Assembly: GCA_016284875.1 (NCBI GenBank)
Contig: JAEEPS010000004.1
Location: 11,785 to 75,784 of the forward strand
Reading direction: 5' to 3'
From: Salinivirgaceae bacterium
GTDB lineage: Bacteria; Bacteroidota; Bacteroidia; Bacteroidales; SZUA-534
DNA: 64,000 bases
The position numbers and the translations under genes were made by a program. Numbering within the stretch: position 1 is the first letter of the stretch; each line of letters starts with the position of its first letter. The notes beneath the pieces were generated by a model, which saw only the letters and a list, made by a program, of their open reading frames with translations, had not been told where the DNA came from and ran no database searches. Positions 1 to 8,532 of the stretch are shown piece after piece.

Positions 1-99
1 GGCGAGGGGGGGAACTCGAAAGGTGGACGCTTGAGCATTTAACTTAAAGTTTCTTTTGAGACTGCTGTACGAATTAACCTGGAAACCATAAGGGACCAT
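1..99 (-). CDS. Partial ORF running off the window start; possible truncated HsdS-like fragment
   Basis: There is an ATG at 99 on the minus strand, 4 nt after the hsdR stop. My translation is MVPYGFQVNSYSSLKRNFKLNAQASTFRVPPPLA. It ends in the PPLA motif that precedes the conserved helices in both halves of the HsdS at 6308-7564. Confidence 0.3.
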   Translation of the reverse strand, partial: MVPYGFQVNSYSSLKRNFKLNAQASTFRVPPLA

Positions 100-102
100 T
101 GC

Positions 103-3100
103 TTATTTCCCATTTCTGAAGCGCAGGTACATCGCTTCGGCCATCTCTTTCATAACGCGCTCGTAGAACTGCGGGTCCTCGAACAGTTTTGAGAAGGCGT
201 CCATCTGTTCCATATAGCACGTTTCGGCTATCTCGTGGAAAGCCTTGGGGAAGATTGCCGAAGTGAACATTGCGGCATCGGTGTTTTTGGCCTGCTTCTT
301 CAGGGTGTCGCTGCCTTTGCTCATCCTGTCGAAAATGGTTTCGACAATCACGCGGTCGGCTTCAGTGAATTTGCCTGCATACATTAAGTTGATTTTGTCG
401 ATAATGTTTGCAAGCAGGTCGCGCTTATCGGTTTTGAACGCTCCCTGACCGCCGTTTTCAGCCTTGACCTTGTTCTGGCCGTGCTCCAACTGTATGCTGC
501 CGCTGAAGGTCTCTGTCAACTTGTTGTTGATTAGGGCAATTTTGTTTGTCAGGTCGACTATTTCGTGCGGATTCTTGGGCAGAAGTTTGTAAAGATACTC
601 GGTGAAGATATAGGTCTTGTAGAGTTCCTTGTCGAATGTGCGCACCACCTGCGCCATATAGGCGTAGAAGCGGTTGAAGTTGTGAATGAGGAACCGCACC
701 TTGAACTTTTCCTCCTCGGCCAACGTCTCGTAAGCCGCCATTACCGATTTGAAGGCGCTTGCCAACTTGCCCATATCGGTGCTGCTCTGCTTGGTGGCGG
801 AATATATCTTATAGACTTTCTCCTCATCGTCGGTGTTCCAAAGGTGGAATTGCTGAACATCGTTCAAATACTTGTAAACCATATTTATATCGACGCCTTC
901 CTCGAGTAGCGTGTCCTCGTAGAACGGCTGGAACGATTTTTTAATGCTTTCGGTGTCGTTGCTGAAATCGAGGACATAGGTGTCGTTCTTGCCTGGGCAA
1001 CTGCGGTTAAGGCGCGACAGGGTTTGAACGGCCTTCACGCCGCGCAACTTCTTCAACACAAACATTGTGTGCAAAAGCGGCTCGTCGAAGCCTGTCTGGT
1101 ATTTTTCGGCAACAATAAGAATGTTGTACATATCGCTGGCAAAGAACAGCGGCAGTTTGCCTTCAGAAATCTTTTCGCCGTCGGCCGAGTTGATTTGGCT
1201 CTCGGTGTACTCCACTCCGTTGAATTTCACGGCGCCGCTGAAAGCCACAAGTGGTCTTACATCGTCGTAGCCCTTGTGCTTGCAGTAGTCGCGCATTGCA
1301 AAGTAGAAGCGCACTGCGTGGGCGCGCGAGGGCGAAACGACCATTGCCTTGGCGCGGCCGCCAATCTTGTGCAGGGTTATCTCGCGGAACTTCTCAACCA
1401 TTACCTCCACAAGTTGCTCAATGACAAACTTATGACTGTCGTGGAAAGCCTTGACGGCGCGTGTTGCGGGCGGTTCCTCGTATTCGGGATTGTCTGACAC
1501 CGACTTGGCAATCTCGTATGAGGTGCCAATGGTGGTGTAGAATTTCAGCACATCGAGAATGAACCCTTCGTCGATAGCCTGCCGCATACTGTAGTGGTGG
1601 AAGGCATCGTAGCCTTTGTCGGTTTTGACGCCGAAGGTTTCGAGTGTTTTGGGCTTTGGTGTGGCTGTAAAGGCGTAGAAATAGAGGTTCTTGTGCTGAC
1701 CCTGCGTGAGCAGCGTCTCCATCATCACGTCCATTTCGTCTTTGAGTTCGGCCTCGGTCTTCTCCTCAATTTCGGCCATCTCGCGCAATGCCTCGTCGGT
1801 GTCGGCAAGGGCGGCTTTCAGTTTCTCGGCACTCTTGCCCGACTGCGAACTGTGCGCTTCATCGACAATAATGGCGAAGTTCTTGCCAATATGCTCATCC
1901 AACTCCTTGTAAATGATTGGGAAACGGTGAAGCGTGGTTATAATGATTCGCTTGCGGTCGTTGATTGCGTCTTCGAGCACCGAAGAGTTGTCTTTGTCGG
2001 TGATTGTGGCAATCTGCCCTTCCAAATGCTCGAAACCGAGAATGGTTGACTGCAGTTGGGCGTTGAGCACGCGGCGGTCGGTTACCACAAACACGGTTTG
2101 GAACATCTCCTTGTCGAGGTCGTTGTGAAGCGAGGCAAGGCGGTAGGTGAGCCACGCTATTGAGTTTGACTTGCCGCTGCCCGCCGAATGCTGCAACAGA
2201 TAGTTCTTTCCGCCGCTGCTGGCTCTGGTGTCGGCAATGAGTTTCTCAACCACATCCAACTGGTGATAGCGCGGGAAAATGAGGTAGGTGCTTTTCTTTT
2301 TCACCTGCTTGCCTTTTTCGAGCGATATTTTCTCTTCGGTAATCTTCGATATATAGCGCTGAAGCAGCGAGAGCAACATCTCGCGGTTGAGCACACGCTC
2401 CCACAGGTACGAGGTTGGATAGCCATTGGGGTTTTCGGGGTTGCCGCCGTCGCCAATGTTGCCCGCGCCGTTGCTGCCCTGATTGAACGGCAGGAATCGT
2501 GTGGCGGCGCCCTGCAACTGGGTTGTCATTGCCACTTCGTAGAGGTCGACGGCAAAGTAAGCCAATATGCGGGTGTTGAAGTTGAAAATGAGTTCTTTGG
2601 GGTCGCGGTCGTACATAAACTGGTGTTTGCCGTTGGCTACGCTCTGCCCCGTGAGTTGGTTCTTCAACTCGAGCGCCACAACGGGAATGCCGTTGACCGA
2701 CAAAACCATATCAATGGTGTTGTGGTTGTCGGTTGAGTAGGCGAACTGGCGTGTGCACTGCAGAATGTTGGCGTTGTAGCGGTCCACCAAATCGAGGTTC
2801 AGACTGCTGGCAGGCTTGAAGAAACAGAACTTGATTGCCACGCCGCGGTCCTTCACTCCGTTGCGCAGAACGTGAATGAGGCCGTAGTTGGCCACATCGG
2901 CTTGGAAAACCTTGTAGAGTTGGTCGGCTGACTTGTCGCCATAGAGGTTGACATAGCGCTGCCACACCTTTGGCTGGGTGGCCTGAATGAACTGCAACAG
3001 CACTGGCATATCAATAGCCCGCCGCTTGTCGTAGGTGCTTTGGTCGCCTTTCAGATAGCCGCCTTCGTTAAGAAGATAGGCTTCTATGTCGTTCTCGAAG

Positions 3101-3120
3101 TTCTTCTCTTTGGTCTGCAT
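103..3120 (-). CDS. hsdR: Type I restriction enzyme R subunit (HsdR), 1005 aa
   Basis: The N-terminal nuclease region shows MVLSVNGIPVVALELKN. Helicase motifs present are a Walker A QHSAGSGKS and a DEAH box IIVDEAHSSQSG. It lies in an operon with hsdM and hsdS. Confidence 0.95.
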   Translation of the reverse strand: MQTKEKNFENDIEAYLLNEGGYLKGDQSTYDKRRAIDMPVLLQFIQATQPKVWQRYVNLYGDKSADQLYKVFQADVANYGLIHVLRNGVKDRGVAIKFCFFKPASSLNLDLVDRYNANILQCTRQFAYSTDNHNTIDMVLSVNGIPVVALELKNQLTGQSVANGKHQFMYDRDPKELIFNFNTRILAYFAVDLYEVAMTTQLQGAATRFLPFNQGSNGAGNIGDGGNPENPNGYPTSYLWERVLNREMLLSLLQRYISKITEEKISLEKGKQVKKKSTYLIFPRYHQLDVVEKLIADTRASSGGKNYLLQHSAGSGKSNSIAWLTYRLASLHNDLDKEMFQTVFVVTDRRVLNAQLQSTILGFEHLEGQIATITDKDNSSVLEDAINDRKRIIITTLHRFPIIYKELDEHIGKNFAIIVDEAHSSQSGKSAEKLKAALADTDEALREMAEIEEKTEAELKDEMDVMMETLLTQGQHKNLYFYAFTATPKPKTLETFGVKTDKGYDAFHHYSMRQAIDEGFILDVLKFYTTIGTSYEIAKSVSDNPEYEEPPATRAVKAFHDSHKFVIEQLVEVMVEKFREITLHKIGGRAKAMVVSPSRAHAVRFYFAMRDYCKHKGYDDVRPLVAFSGAVKFNGVEYTESQINSADGEKISEGKLPLFFASDMYNILIVAEKYQTGFDEPLLHTMFVLKKLRGVKAVQTLSRLNRSCPGKNDTYVLDFSNDTESIKKSFQPFYEDTLLEEGVDINMVYKYLNDVQQFHLWNTDDEEKVYKIYSATKQSSTDMGKLASAFKSVMAAYETLAEEEKFKVRFLIHNFNRFYAYMAQVVRTFDKELYKTYIFTEYLYKLLPKNPHEIVDLTNKIALINNKLTETFSGSIQLEHGQNKVKAENGGQGAFKTDKRDLLANIIDKINLMYAGKFTEADRVIVETIFDRMSKGSDTLKKQAKNTDAAMFTSAIFPKAFHEIAETCYMEQMDAFSKLFEDPQFYERVMKEMAEAMYLRFRNGK

Positions 3121-3139
3121 AACGATTTGCTATGAGTGA

Positions 3140-4204
3140 TTAAAGATTGTTTCTTAAATGCTGCAGCATAATGCGAACATATTCGGGCTCTTTTGCGAAC
3201 AGGCGCTGTTTACGGCTGTTCCACGAGGCAATATCTTTTGTCACCACATCCACCAGACTATCTTCGTCCATATTACGCCACTCTTTCAATTCGGCTTTTG
3301 TTGTAAGCAAGAAATCGATTGTTGCAAGCAACTCCAGCGAATAATTGGAATAGAATCGGCCTAGAAAACTTTTTGTTCGGTTTGCTATTTCAAGATATTG
3401 GGCGTTCTCCTTACGCTGAAGCATTTCGTCGGCTGCGGCTTGAGCGTCGGAAGTGAGCCAAATCTCATCGAACGGACGCTTTGAGAGGTCGCTCATTCCC
3501 ATAATATAACTGCCGTTGAGATAGTGCAGGACATACCGCACCTTTCCAGAGTATGGACCATAAACACCTTGACTGAACGAGAGTTTGAACACATCCTGTG
3601 CACCAAACCGCTGAAGAAAGTAGGCGATTTTTTCGGCTGCGAATTCAGACACAAACTCGCCGTGCGCCACCATATCGGCCATAATGCTCAACATCATTGC
3701 GCGGGCGGGTGTGAGCGACACACGCTCTTTTTTCATCTTCTCGTTAATTGAGTCGGAAGGCTCGTAAATAACAATGTCGCAATCCAAGTCCTGCAGTTTA
3801 CCGACAATCATATCGCGAACCCTGTGCCAGTCGAGTCCGCCGTTTCGCGAACCCAGCGGCGGAATGGCTATTGATTTTATCTGTCGGCTGATTATCTCCT
3901 GTTTCAGCGCGTCGAGCCCCGATTCTATGTAACTGTACTCGGAAGGGCGCCGCCAATCGGTTTTGGTGGGGAAGTTGACAATAATTTTTTTTGCGCCTAT
4001 CAGTGTCAACGCTTCGGTGATTAGCATTTTGCCTGGCTGCAGATTGCCAAGTTTGCATTCTTTGCGGTAAATGGCATAATTGTCGGGGTAGGCTTCTTTG
4101 AACTGCAAGGCCAAACCTTTGCCCATCACGCCAACTGTGTTCACCGTGTTCACAATGGCTTCCGCCGTACTGTCGAGAATGTTCCCTTTGGTAAAAGTAA
4201 TCAT
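3140..4204 (-). CDS. darG: DarG-like antitoxin: N-terminal macrodomain plus C-terminal DarT-associated domain
   Basis: From the internal ATG at 4204 the protein starts MITFTKGNILDSTAEAIVNTVNTVGVMGKGLALQFKEAYP, a classic macrodomain signature. That start lies 4 nt after the darT stop. The longer ORF-track start at 4252 would overlap darT. Confidence 0.85.
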   Translation of the reverse strand: MITFTKGNILDSTAEAIVNTVNTVGVMGKGLALQFKEAYPDNYAIYRKECKLGNLQPGKMLITEALTLIGAKKIIVNFPTKTDWRRPSEYSYIESGLDALKQEIISRQIKSIAIPPLGSRNGGLDWHRVRDMIVGKLQDLDCDIVIYEPSDSINEKMKKERVSLTPARAMMLSIMADMVAHGEFVSEFAAEKIAYFLQRFGAQDVFKLSFSQGVYGPYSGKVRYVLHYLNGSYIMGMSDLSKRPFDEIWLTSDAQAAADEMLQRKENAQYLEIANRTKSFLGRFYSNYSLELLATIDFLLTTKAELKEWRNMDEDSLVDVVTKDIASWNSRKQRLFAKEPEYVRIMLQHLRNNL

Positions 4205-4208
4205 AGCG

Positions 4209-4847
4209 TTAAAAATAATATTCGGGCGCCACAATAATCCTGTTGTCGGCAACTCCCATTGAGATTAATTTCTGTTTTGACTCTTCGTTGTAAACAAAGA
4301 ATCCTGCAATACATTGGGCGGGAATTTCGTTTTTTATGAGCAATTCCGCCTGTTTCCGCCTTTGCAGGTCGAGGTCGTTATCATCTTTCCAATATTTTGC
4401 ATAGACATCGTCGACGCTCACCAGTTTGTCTAAATCTGGCAGTCTGTCCTGCTTGAAAAAGGTGGTGATTTCGGTAACGGCGTGTCCGTCGGTGAATATG
4501 CACTCCCAGCCTTGCTCAATCACTGTTTCTATTTTTATCACGCAATAAACAATGTTGTTGGGGTGATATTTTGTGACGCCATAACCTGTTTGAATGTTGA
4601 ACAGCATTGGTGTATGCGGACCGAAATAGAACGGTATGTAGTTGGACAACTGATAACCGTGGTGTGTTTCTTCTTCGCGTATTTTTATGATAGACTGGTT
4701 GCCTATGTGGATATAGTTTGGACTTGCGTTTGGCGAGTTGGGGTGCACAAATCCTTCTTTGAGCAAATACGGAATATTATCGATATGCGTAAGCCTGTAG
4801 GCATACACTATTTTTCCCCAATACGGTCTTACAATCTCCCTTGCCAT
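4209..4847 (-). CDS. darT: DarT-like DNA ADP-ribosyltransferase toxin (DUF4433)
   Basis: Motifs seen are YRLTHIDNIPYLL, YIPFYFGPHTPML, FTDGHA and RRKQAELLIK. These match the H-Y-E ART pattern of DUF4433. It sits immediately upstream of a macrodomain gene. Confidence 0.85.
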   Translation of the reverse strand: MAREIVRPYWGKIVYAYRLTHIDNIPYLLKEGFVHPNSPNASPNYIHIGNQSIIKIREEETHHGYQLSNYIPFYFGPHTPMLFNIQTGYGVTKYHPNNIVYCVIKIETVIEQGWECIFTDGHAVTEITTFFKQDRLPDLDKLVSVDDVYAKYWKDDNDLDLQRRKQAELLIKNEIPAQCIAGFFVYNEESKQKLISMGVADNRIIVAPEYYF

Positions 4848-4927
4848 ATTTCTGCCGCCAAACAGATTACATTCTATTTCAGTGAAACAAAGTTAGTTTT
4901 TTTTAACCAAAGAACCCTTACCGCTTT

Positions 4928-5002
4928 CTAAATTTCCTTTTTCCCCGTCACACTCTCGAATATGACCGATTTCTTGTAATGTTCTGTTTTTTGCGCTTTG
5001 CG
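4928..5002 (-). pseudogene. Relic of an hsdS 3' end (last ~24 codons)
   Basis: The minus-strand translation is KAQKTEHYKKSVIFESVTGKKEI-stop. The intact HsdS C-terminus is QQKIEALKEYKKSVIFEYVTGKKEVEK-stop. The DNA similarity is visible when 4944-4985 is compared with 6330-6372. Confidence 0.6.
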
Positions 5003-5015
5003 GTTGTTGGTTGAA

Positions 5016-6311
5016 TCACTCTTTGTATTCAGCCATAGTTTCGTCCATCAATTTTATTATTTGCTGTATTTCTTCTGAAGAGTATACGTTATATAAAAAA
5101 TCGCGTTTTTCGTCATATGTCATTCCTGCGAATGTTTTTTCACCAAGAGAACATTCCTTCTCGAAATATTTCGTTTGGTCATATTTTACCAAGTATTTGA
5201 TATTCTTCTCGTTAGCCTTCTTCAGCAAAATATTGGCGCAGTTATTTATTTTATTATTGCCGCCTTCTATGTGCAGCACCAAGTACAAATTATGGCTTTC
5301 GAACAAATCGGCATATGATATGGGAATCCATTCAAAATGTGGGGATAAATTGGAAATTTTCTGCCACTGGCCATTTTTGATTTGGTAGTATCCTCCGTTT
5401 GGTTCAATTTTGTTATTGTCTGCACAATCAAAACCATCCACTTTCTCAAAATACTCTTTGGTCAACTTCTGCAGATCTGCGGCAACTTGCCCGCCAAATT
5501 TGTTTACTTCGCTTTCCAATGCTCTTTCCAACTCTCGAACATTGTCGAACATCTTCTTTATTTCTGTAAAGTTTTCTTGTATACCCATTTCGCCAAGTAG
5601 TTTTTTAATTAATCTTTTTTGCGCCTGCCCTTGATAATCCAACTGTCCGAACCTTCCTTTCAGGTAGTCGATATACTGATATATTGCTGTCTCGAGACAC
5701 CGCTCTTTCACTTTGCAATTGGGCAGGACATCGTCTTCCAACCAAGGCAGAATGTTGTGCTGAAAACTCATCGGCATAAAACGTTTTCCGAGCGCTTTTT
5801 CAGTATCGGCGGACAGACTGCTGTCCGAAACGGCTTTGCTTCCATCAAGGGTTAGATATATGACATAGATTTTATCAATCGAAACGCCACGCTGGGTGTT
5901 TACAAATTTCACATATCGGTCAATCTGCTTGTACTGGTCGCCTGCAAACCATATTTTATTCTCAATGATAATGGCGTACTTGCCGCTCTCAATAACAACA
6001 CCGTCAATTCTTCCGTCGCTTGTCGGGTACTCTGTGTCAATGGTAGGGCGAGTTACTTGAATGTCGGCCTCGCCATCGCACAAATCGTTTATTCGGTTGA
6101 TAAAGGAACGCAGCCAAGGATATTCGCCATTCTCGGTGTATTGAAGCAACCGCATAAGTATTCGCGAATGAGCATTTTCGTTGTCGTGCAGTTCCTGAAT
6201 CACATTCAGACGATAAGGGAAATTTTCCTTTTCTTTCTGATACAGAACCGAATATCGTTGGGCGACTTTAATCAAGTCTTTGAATTGTTCTTCTATCTCT
6301 TGCAAATTCAT
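5016..6311 (-). CDS. PD-(D/E)XK nuclease family protein (PF14281/PDDEXK_4-like), 431 aa
   Basis: The N-terminus has NVIQELHDNENAHSRILMRLL, followed by GRIDGVVIESGKYAIIIENKIW, a D...E-x-K core. Its start overlaps the hsdS stop as ATGA at 6308-6311. Confidence 0.7.
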   Translation of the reverse strand: MNLQEIEEQFKDLIKVAQRYSVLYQKEKENFPYRLNVIQELHDNENAHSRILMRLLQYTENGEYPWLRSFINRINDLCDGEADIQVTRPTIDTEYPTSDGRIDGVVIESGKYAIIIENKIWFAGDQYKQIDRYVKFVNTQRGVSIDKIYVIYLTLDGSKAVSDSSLSADTEKALGKRFMPMSFQHNILPWLEDDVLPNCKVKERCLETAIYQYIDYLKGRFGQLDYQGQAQKRLIKKLLGEMGIQENFTEIKKMFDNVRELERALESEVNKFGGQVAADLQKLTKEYFEKVDGFDCADNNKIEPNGGYYQIKNGQWQKISNLSPHFEWIPISYADLFESHNLYLVLHIEGGNNKINNCANILLKKANEKNIKYLVKYDQTKYFEKECSLGEKTFAGMTYDEKRDFLYNVYSSEEIQQIIKLMDETMAEYKE

Positions 6312-7564
6312 TTCTCTACCTCCTTCTTCCCCGTTACATACTCGAATATGACTGATTTCTTGTACTCTTTCAACGCTTCAATCTTCTGCTGCTTTACGGC
6401 TATCAGTTCGTCTATCTCGGCGCACTTCTCATCGAGGTAGGCGGCTATGGCGCGCTGCTCGGCGAGAGGGGGAAATAGACAAAGAACTTTATAAAAGTTT
6501 GAATTGGACAAATTTTGAAGACCTACTACCATACCATTGGAAGCACCTGCTAATATCAGTTTGTACTGGTGACTATGAAACAGATATTCGAAATATTTCG
6601 GGCTTAATTCAACCAATGCTTCATATACACCATAATGAAAAGAGACCATACCCACATACTTTGAAGCAAACAACACCCCTAAATGTGCCTTAAAACGATT
6701 TAATACCAAATCGTTAACAACAACTCTTTTCCATCCTTCATATGTTGACGTTAGCATAGCCTTTTCTTTCATTTCCGAAGTAGGAATCAACCCGTCAACT
6801 TGTGACAACGATAAAGAAATGTCGCCTTTTTGTGGAAGTCTGACGTTTTCCTTAAAAACACGTCCACACTTTCTCACGTCCCACCCTTCTGGTATCTCCC
6901 CAATCCATTCCACGCCGCTGTCCTTCATTGGTGCGTTTTTGTTTAGGCCTTTGGTGACGGCTTCGGTAATGACGGACTGCTTGTAGCGTTTGAGTTCGTC
7001 AATCATTGTCTGCTGCAAGTCGGCGAGTTCGTCAATCTCGGCACATTTGCGGTCGAGGTAGTCGGCTATGCGCTGCTGGGTGGCGAGAGGGGGAGCGGCA
7101 ATTCCTAAAGCGGCAAATTCGTCATAAGTTAGTGAATACCTTATGTTTTTAGAGAGATATTTGTATTTTCTGCCGTCAAAAATGTAATCGAACCAATAAC
7201 CATAGAAAGCAGGGAAATATCCATCTAATGTTTTAAGCACTTTGTATGCAGGGGATATCATCCCGTGAAAATTGCTCACTCCAGAAAAAACGGCAGAACA
7301 ATCCAAATCAAACAAGCACATAACCAAATCATCTTTATTGACAACCTGGTATGTTTCATAGGAATCGGGGACTTTACCGCTCGTACTTCCGATTGCAACT
7401 TCTTTAACTCCCTTTGTCGTTAATGATAGTAATTGCGTATGACTCCAATCTTCACCAACAAGACTTTTGGAACAGGCAAATACATTTTTTGTTCTTACCA
7501 CCTTCCAATCACTCGGAATCATTCCAATCCACGGGACACCGCTGTCTTTGTATTTTGTAGCCAT
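6308..7564 (-). CDS. hsdS: Type I restriction enzyme specificity subunit (HsdS), two target-recognition domains
   Basis: Two conserved helical regions are present: PPLATQQRIADYLDRKCAEIDEL and PPLAEQRAIAAYLDEKCAEIDEL. I chose the ATG at 7564 (MATKYKDSGVPWIG). The ORF-track start at 7630 is a TTG that would overlap the upstream gene by about 60 nt. Confidence 0.9.
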   Translation of the reverse strand: MATKYKDSGVPWIGMIPSDWKVVRTKNVFACSKSLVGEDWSHTQLLSLTTKGVKEVAIGSTSGKVPDSYETYQVVNKDDLVMCLFDLDCSAVFSGVSNFHGMISPAYKVLKTLDGYFPAFYGYWFDYIFDGRKYKYLSKNIRYSLTYDEFAALGIAAPPLATQQRIADYLDRKCAEIDELADLQQTMIDELKRYKQSVITEAVTKGLNKNAPMKDSGVEWIGEIPEGWDVRKCGRVFKENVRLPQKGDISLSLSQVDGLIPTSEMKEKAMLTSTYEGWKRVVVNDLVLNRFKAHLGVLFASKYVGMVSFHYGVYEALVELSPKYFEYLFHSHQYKLILAGASNGMVVGLQNLSNSNFYKVLCLFPPLAEQRAIAAYLDEKCAEIDELIAVKQQKIEALKEYKKSVIFEYVTGKKEVEK

Positions 7565-7575
7565 AGTTTCAGTCC
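7547..7575. repeat. 29-nt perfect direct repeat, copy 1 (gene-end / hsdS-start junction)
   Basis: The sequence tttgtattttgtagccatagtttcagtcc is identical to 8515-8543. It contains GAC-TGA, a 4-nt spacer and ATGGCTACAAAATACAAA on the minus strand. Confidence 0.9.
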
Positions 7576-8414
7576 AAAAAATATTGTTTGCGGAAAGCGT
7601 CGTATTGTGGCGCGGCTTTAATGTCGCCAAGCATATCGTTGTAATATTTCATTTCAAAGTGGCAGGTGGGCCAATTCAGGCTTTTAATGAAATCATTGAT
7701 ATCTGTTATGGCATCCTTTGCTTCTTTTTCAATAATACATTCTATTCGCTTTTCGAGATAACTCTTGCTTCGTTTCGATTGTTTCTCCACAAGGTCTATG
7801 AAACGGTTTGTGGGCTTCCACGAAACGCTTTCGAAGACAATCTGTTTGCCGACATATACTTGCGGGTTTTCCAAATAATGGCGGTAAATGGCAAGCAAGT
7901 GTCGGTATAGTTGCGTGACGTTCAGATATATAAAATCGGAATTAACTTGTCTGAACTTTTTAATCCAAAGGGCAGAATTAGGAATGTTGCTGTAGTATTC
8001 ATCATTCAAATACGAACAAATAATTTTCTCATTTCCACTATAATATGGTTCAAGGTATTTGCTTTCCACAAAATGTATCTCGTTCGCAGTTTCGTATCGC
8101 ACATCGAGGTTGGCTGGTGGAATATTCCTTTCGGGAATTACCAATGGTGTTGATTCGTTCCACTCAAACCTCAATGCCGAAATCCTGCCTGTCTGCTCCA
8201 ACATTTTATAGTAGAATACGGCAAGGCGCGCGGAAGAGTTTATCTTTTCCAACTTTTTGTCGGGGTGTCCCGAACCTTTGTCCAATCCTTGAAAGCCATT
8301 GCTGAACAAAGGGATAACCGAGAAATCAGTGGTAAACTTATCTCCCTGAATATCAATACCACATTCTTCTTTGTAGTATTTGGCAATGAGTTGTTTGATT
8401 GCTGTCAGTTCCAT
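7569..8414 (-). CDS. Uncharacterised 281-aa protein inserted between hsdM and hsdS; possible PD-(D/E)XK-like motif
   Basis: This is a clean ORF with an ATG start, packed 4 nt from the hsdS start. I recognise no family. The segment NLDVRYETANEIHFVESKYLEP gives a D-x12-E-S-K pattern, preceded by KINSSARLAVFYY. It looks AT-richer than hsdM and hsdR by eye. Confidence 0.6.
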   Translation of the reverse strand: MELTAIKQLIAKYYKEECGIDIQGDKFTTDFSVIPLFSNGFQGLDKGSGHPDKKLEKINSSARLAVFYYKMLEQTGRISALRFEWNESTPLVIPERNIPPANLDVRYETANEIHFVESKYLEPYYSGNEKIICSYLNDEYYSNIPNSALWIKKFRQVNSDFIYLNVTQLYRHLLAIYRHYLENPQVYVGKQIVFESVSWKPTNRFIDLVEKQSKRSKSYLEKRIECIIEKEAKDAITDINDFIKSLNWPTCHFEMKYYNDMLGDIKAAPQYDAFRKQYFLD

Positions 8415-8421
8415 ATTCCCG

Positions 8422-8532
8422 CTATCCCAAAATTTTGTTCATCAGTTCGGTTTCGCGCGCGCCTAACTCTTTGAGGTGGGCGAAGATATTGTCGCTCGAC
8501 TCCAAAGGCACGTATTTGTATTTTGTAGCCAT
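8422..8532 (-). pseudogene. 36-codon chimeric relic: hsdS start (MATKYK) fused to the hsdM C-terminus
   Basis: The minus-strand translation is MATKYKYVPLESSDNIFAHLKELGARETELMNKILG-stop. Its first 6 codons equal the hsdS start. The remainder equals the HsdM tail YKYVPLESSDNIFAHLKELEAKETELMNKILGK. Confidence 0.65.
8465..8520. repeat. 56-nt perfect direct repeat, copy 1 (hsdM 3' coding sequence)
   Basis: The sequence aactctttgaggtgggcgaagatattgtcgctcgactccaaaggcacgtatttgta is identical to 9715-9770. Imperfect similarity continues to about 8424 and 9671 respectively. Confidence 0.9.

Noticed and set aside
6380-7100. Two internal direct repeats in hsdS (…ctcggcgagaggggga… and flanks), considered as possible phase-variation or shufflon sites.
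   Set aside because: They encode the two conserved helical spacer regions present in every two-TRD HsdS. No inverted partner or recombinase is visible within the window.
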